From a virus, in the IMG/VR virus record IMGVR_UViG_3300029794_000110: DNA of 5,841 nt; one strand, given 5' to 3'. Each line of letters opens with the position of its first letter. Position 1 is the first letter of the stretch. The notes beneath the pieces were generated by a model, which had not been told where the DNA came from, searched no databases, and was given only the letters and a program-made list of their open reading frames with translations. The position numbers were made by a program, and so were the translations under genes. Below are positions 5,130 through 5,841 of the stretch, in pieces.

Positions 5130-5841
5130 GTTGTTACAAGCCATTAATAAGGCTGTACAACCCGGACGATAGAGAACAGAGCGGGCGGGTATATTCACTC
5201 GCCCGCTTTTCTCAGCTAAGCGGGAAACAGCTAAAATATGAAGATTTGATGTACAATCCAAAAATCATGTTAATTCCATGCGGGCAGTGTATTGGATGCA
5301 GAATCCGACAGCGAGAAGATTGGACGACAAGAATAGAATTAGAAGCGCGAGACTATCCGAAGGAAGAAGTTTGGTTTATAACACTGACATATGACGATGA
5401 ACATGTGCCGGGCATGATAGTAAAAACAGGGGAAATCATGCGAAAAGTGCAATACACGTGGAAGCCGGGAGAGAAGCTCCCAGACAGCGTACAAATTCTG
5501 CTATATGAAGATATTCAAAAGTTCTTAAAACGCCTCAGAAAGGCTTACAGGGGCAAATTACGCTACTTTGTGGCCGGTGAATACGGAGAGAAGACAGCGA
5601 GACCACATTATCACATGATTCTATACGGCTGGAAACCAAAAGACCTAGAAAATCTGTACAAAATCCATCACAACGGATACTATACCAGTAAATGTTTAGA
5701 AGACCTATGGGGCATGGGTCAGATCCAGATCGCGCAAGCAGTTCCAGAAACCTATAGATATGTTGCAGGATATGTAACAAAAAAAATGTACGAGATAGAC
5801 GGAAAGAAAGCCAATGCGTACTACGAATTGGGACAAACGAA
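5126..5841 (+). CDS. VP4: Replication initiator protein VP4, N-terminal portion. It runs off the window end and continues at 2..427 via the circular junction. Total 339 aa.
   Basis: AGGAGG lies 9 nt upstream of ATG 5126. Zinc-finger-like PCGQCIGCRIRQ, RCR motif I FITLTYDDEH, HUH motif II RPHYHMILYGW and tyrosine motif III YRYVAGYVTKK. No stop occurs before the window end. Confidence 0.93.
   Translation, partial: MSCYKPLIRLYNPDDREQSGRVYSLARFSQLSGKQLKYEDLMYNPKIMLIPCGQCIGCRIRQREDWTTRIELEARDYPKEEVWFITLTYDDEHVPGMIVKTGEIMRKVQYTWKPGEKLPDSVQILLYEDIQKFLKRLRKAYRGKLRYFVAGEYGEKTARPHYHMILYGWKPKDLENLYKIHHNGYYTSKCLEDLWGMGQIQIAQAVPETYRYVAGYVTKKMYEIDGKKANAYYELGQT
5719..5841. repeat. Terminal redundancy: an exact 123-bp duplicate of 1..123. 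This is an assembly artefact of a circular genome; the unit length is 5718 bp.
   Basis: Base-by-base identity of 1..123 and 5719..5841. The VP4 reading frame is continuous across the junction because 5718 is divisible by 3. Confidence 0.95.

Noticed and set aside
4438-5261. Several 60-130 aa minus-strand ORFs antisense to VP2 and VP4
   Set aside because: They show Cys/Leu/Phe-rich antisense-type composition, have no ribosome-binding sites, and overlap strongly supported + strand genes.

Overview
The window is a complete circular gokushovirus-like Microviridae (ssDNA phage) genome, with all genes on the + strand. Bases 1..123 are identical to 5719..5841, so the unit genome is 5718 bp and the assembly carries a 123-bp terminal redundancy; the replication initiator gene spans this junction. 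The gene order follows the Gokushovirinae pattern. After the replication initiator VP4 comes a long non-coding control region, then a consensus promoter, a 59-aa ORF and a peptidase M15 cell-wall hydrolase. Three tiny ORFs follow, the last of them a basic VP8-like DNA-binding protein. Then come an 80-aa ORF in the VP5 position, VP3 (scaffold), VP1 (major capsid) and VP2 (pilot), and back to VP4. All minus-strand ORFs in the track look like antisense artefacts. The most unusual parts are all in or next to the ~500-bp intergenic region. The first is a strong terminator-type hairpin. The second is a pair of perfectly alternating purine-pyrimidine GC tracts (Z-DNA or cruciform candidates) that contain a 14-bp palindrome. 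The third is an array of more than 10 helically phased TGTTGAAAAC direct repeats (iterons or a curved A-tract block). The fourth is a textbook TTGACA-17-TATAAT promoter. The fifth is an accessory module of a leaderless cytoplasmic M15 peptidase plus uncharacterised micro-ORFs, which makes this genome about 1 kb larger than classic gokushoviruses.
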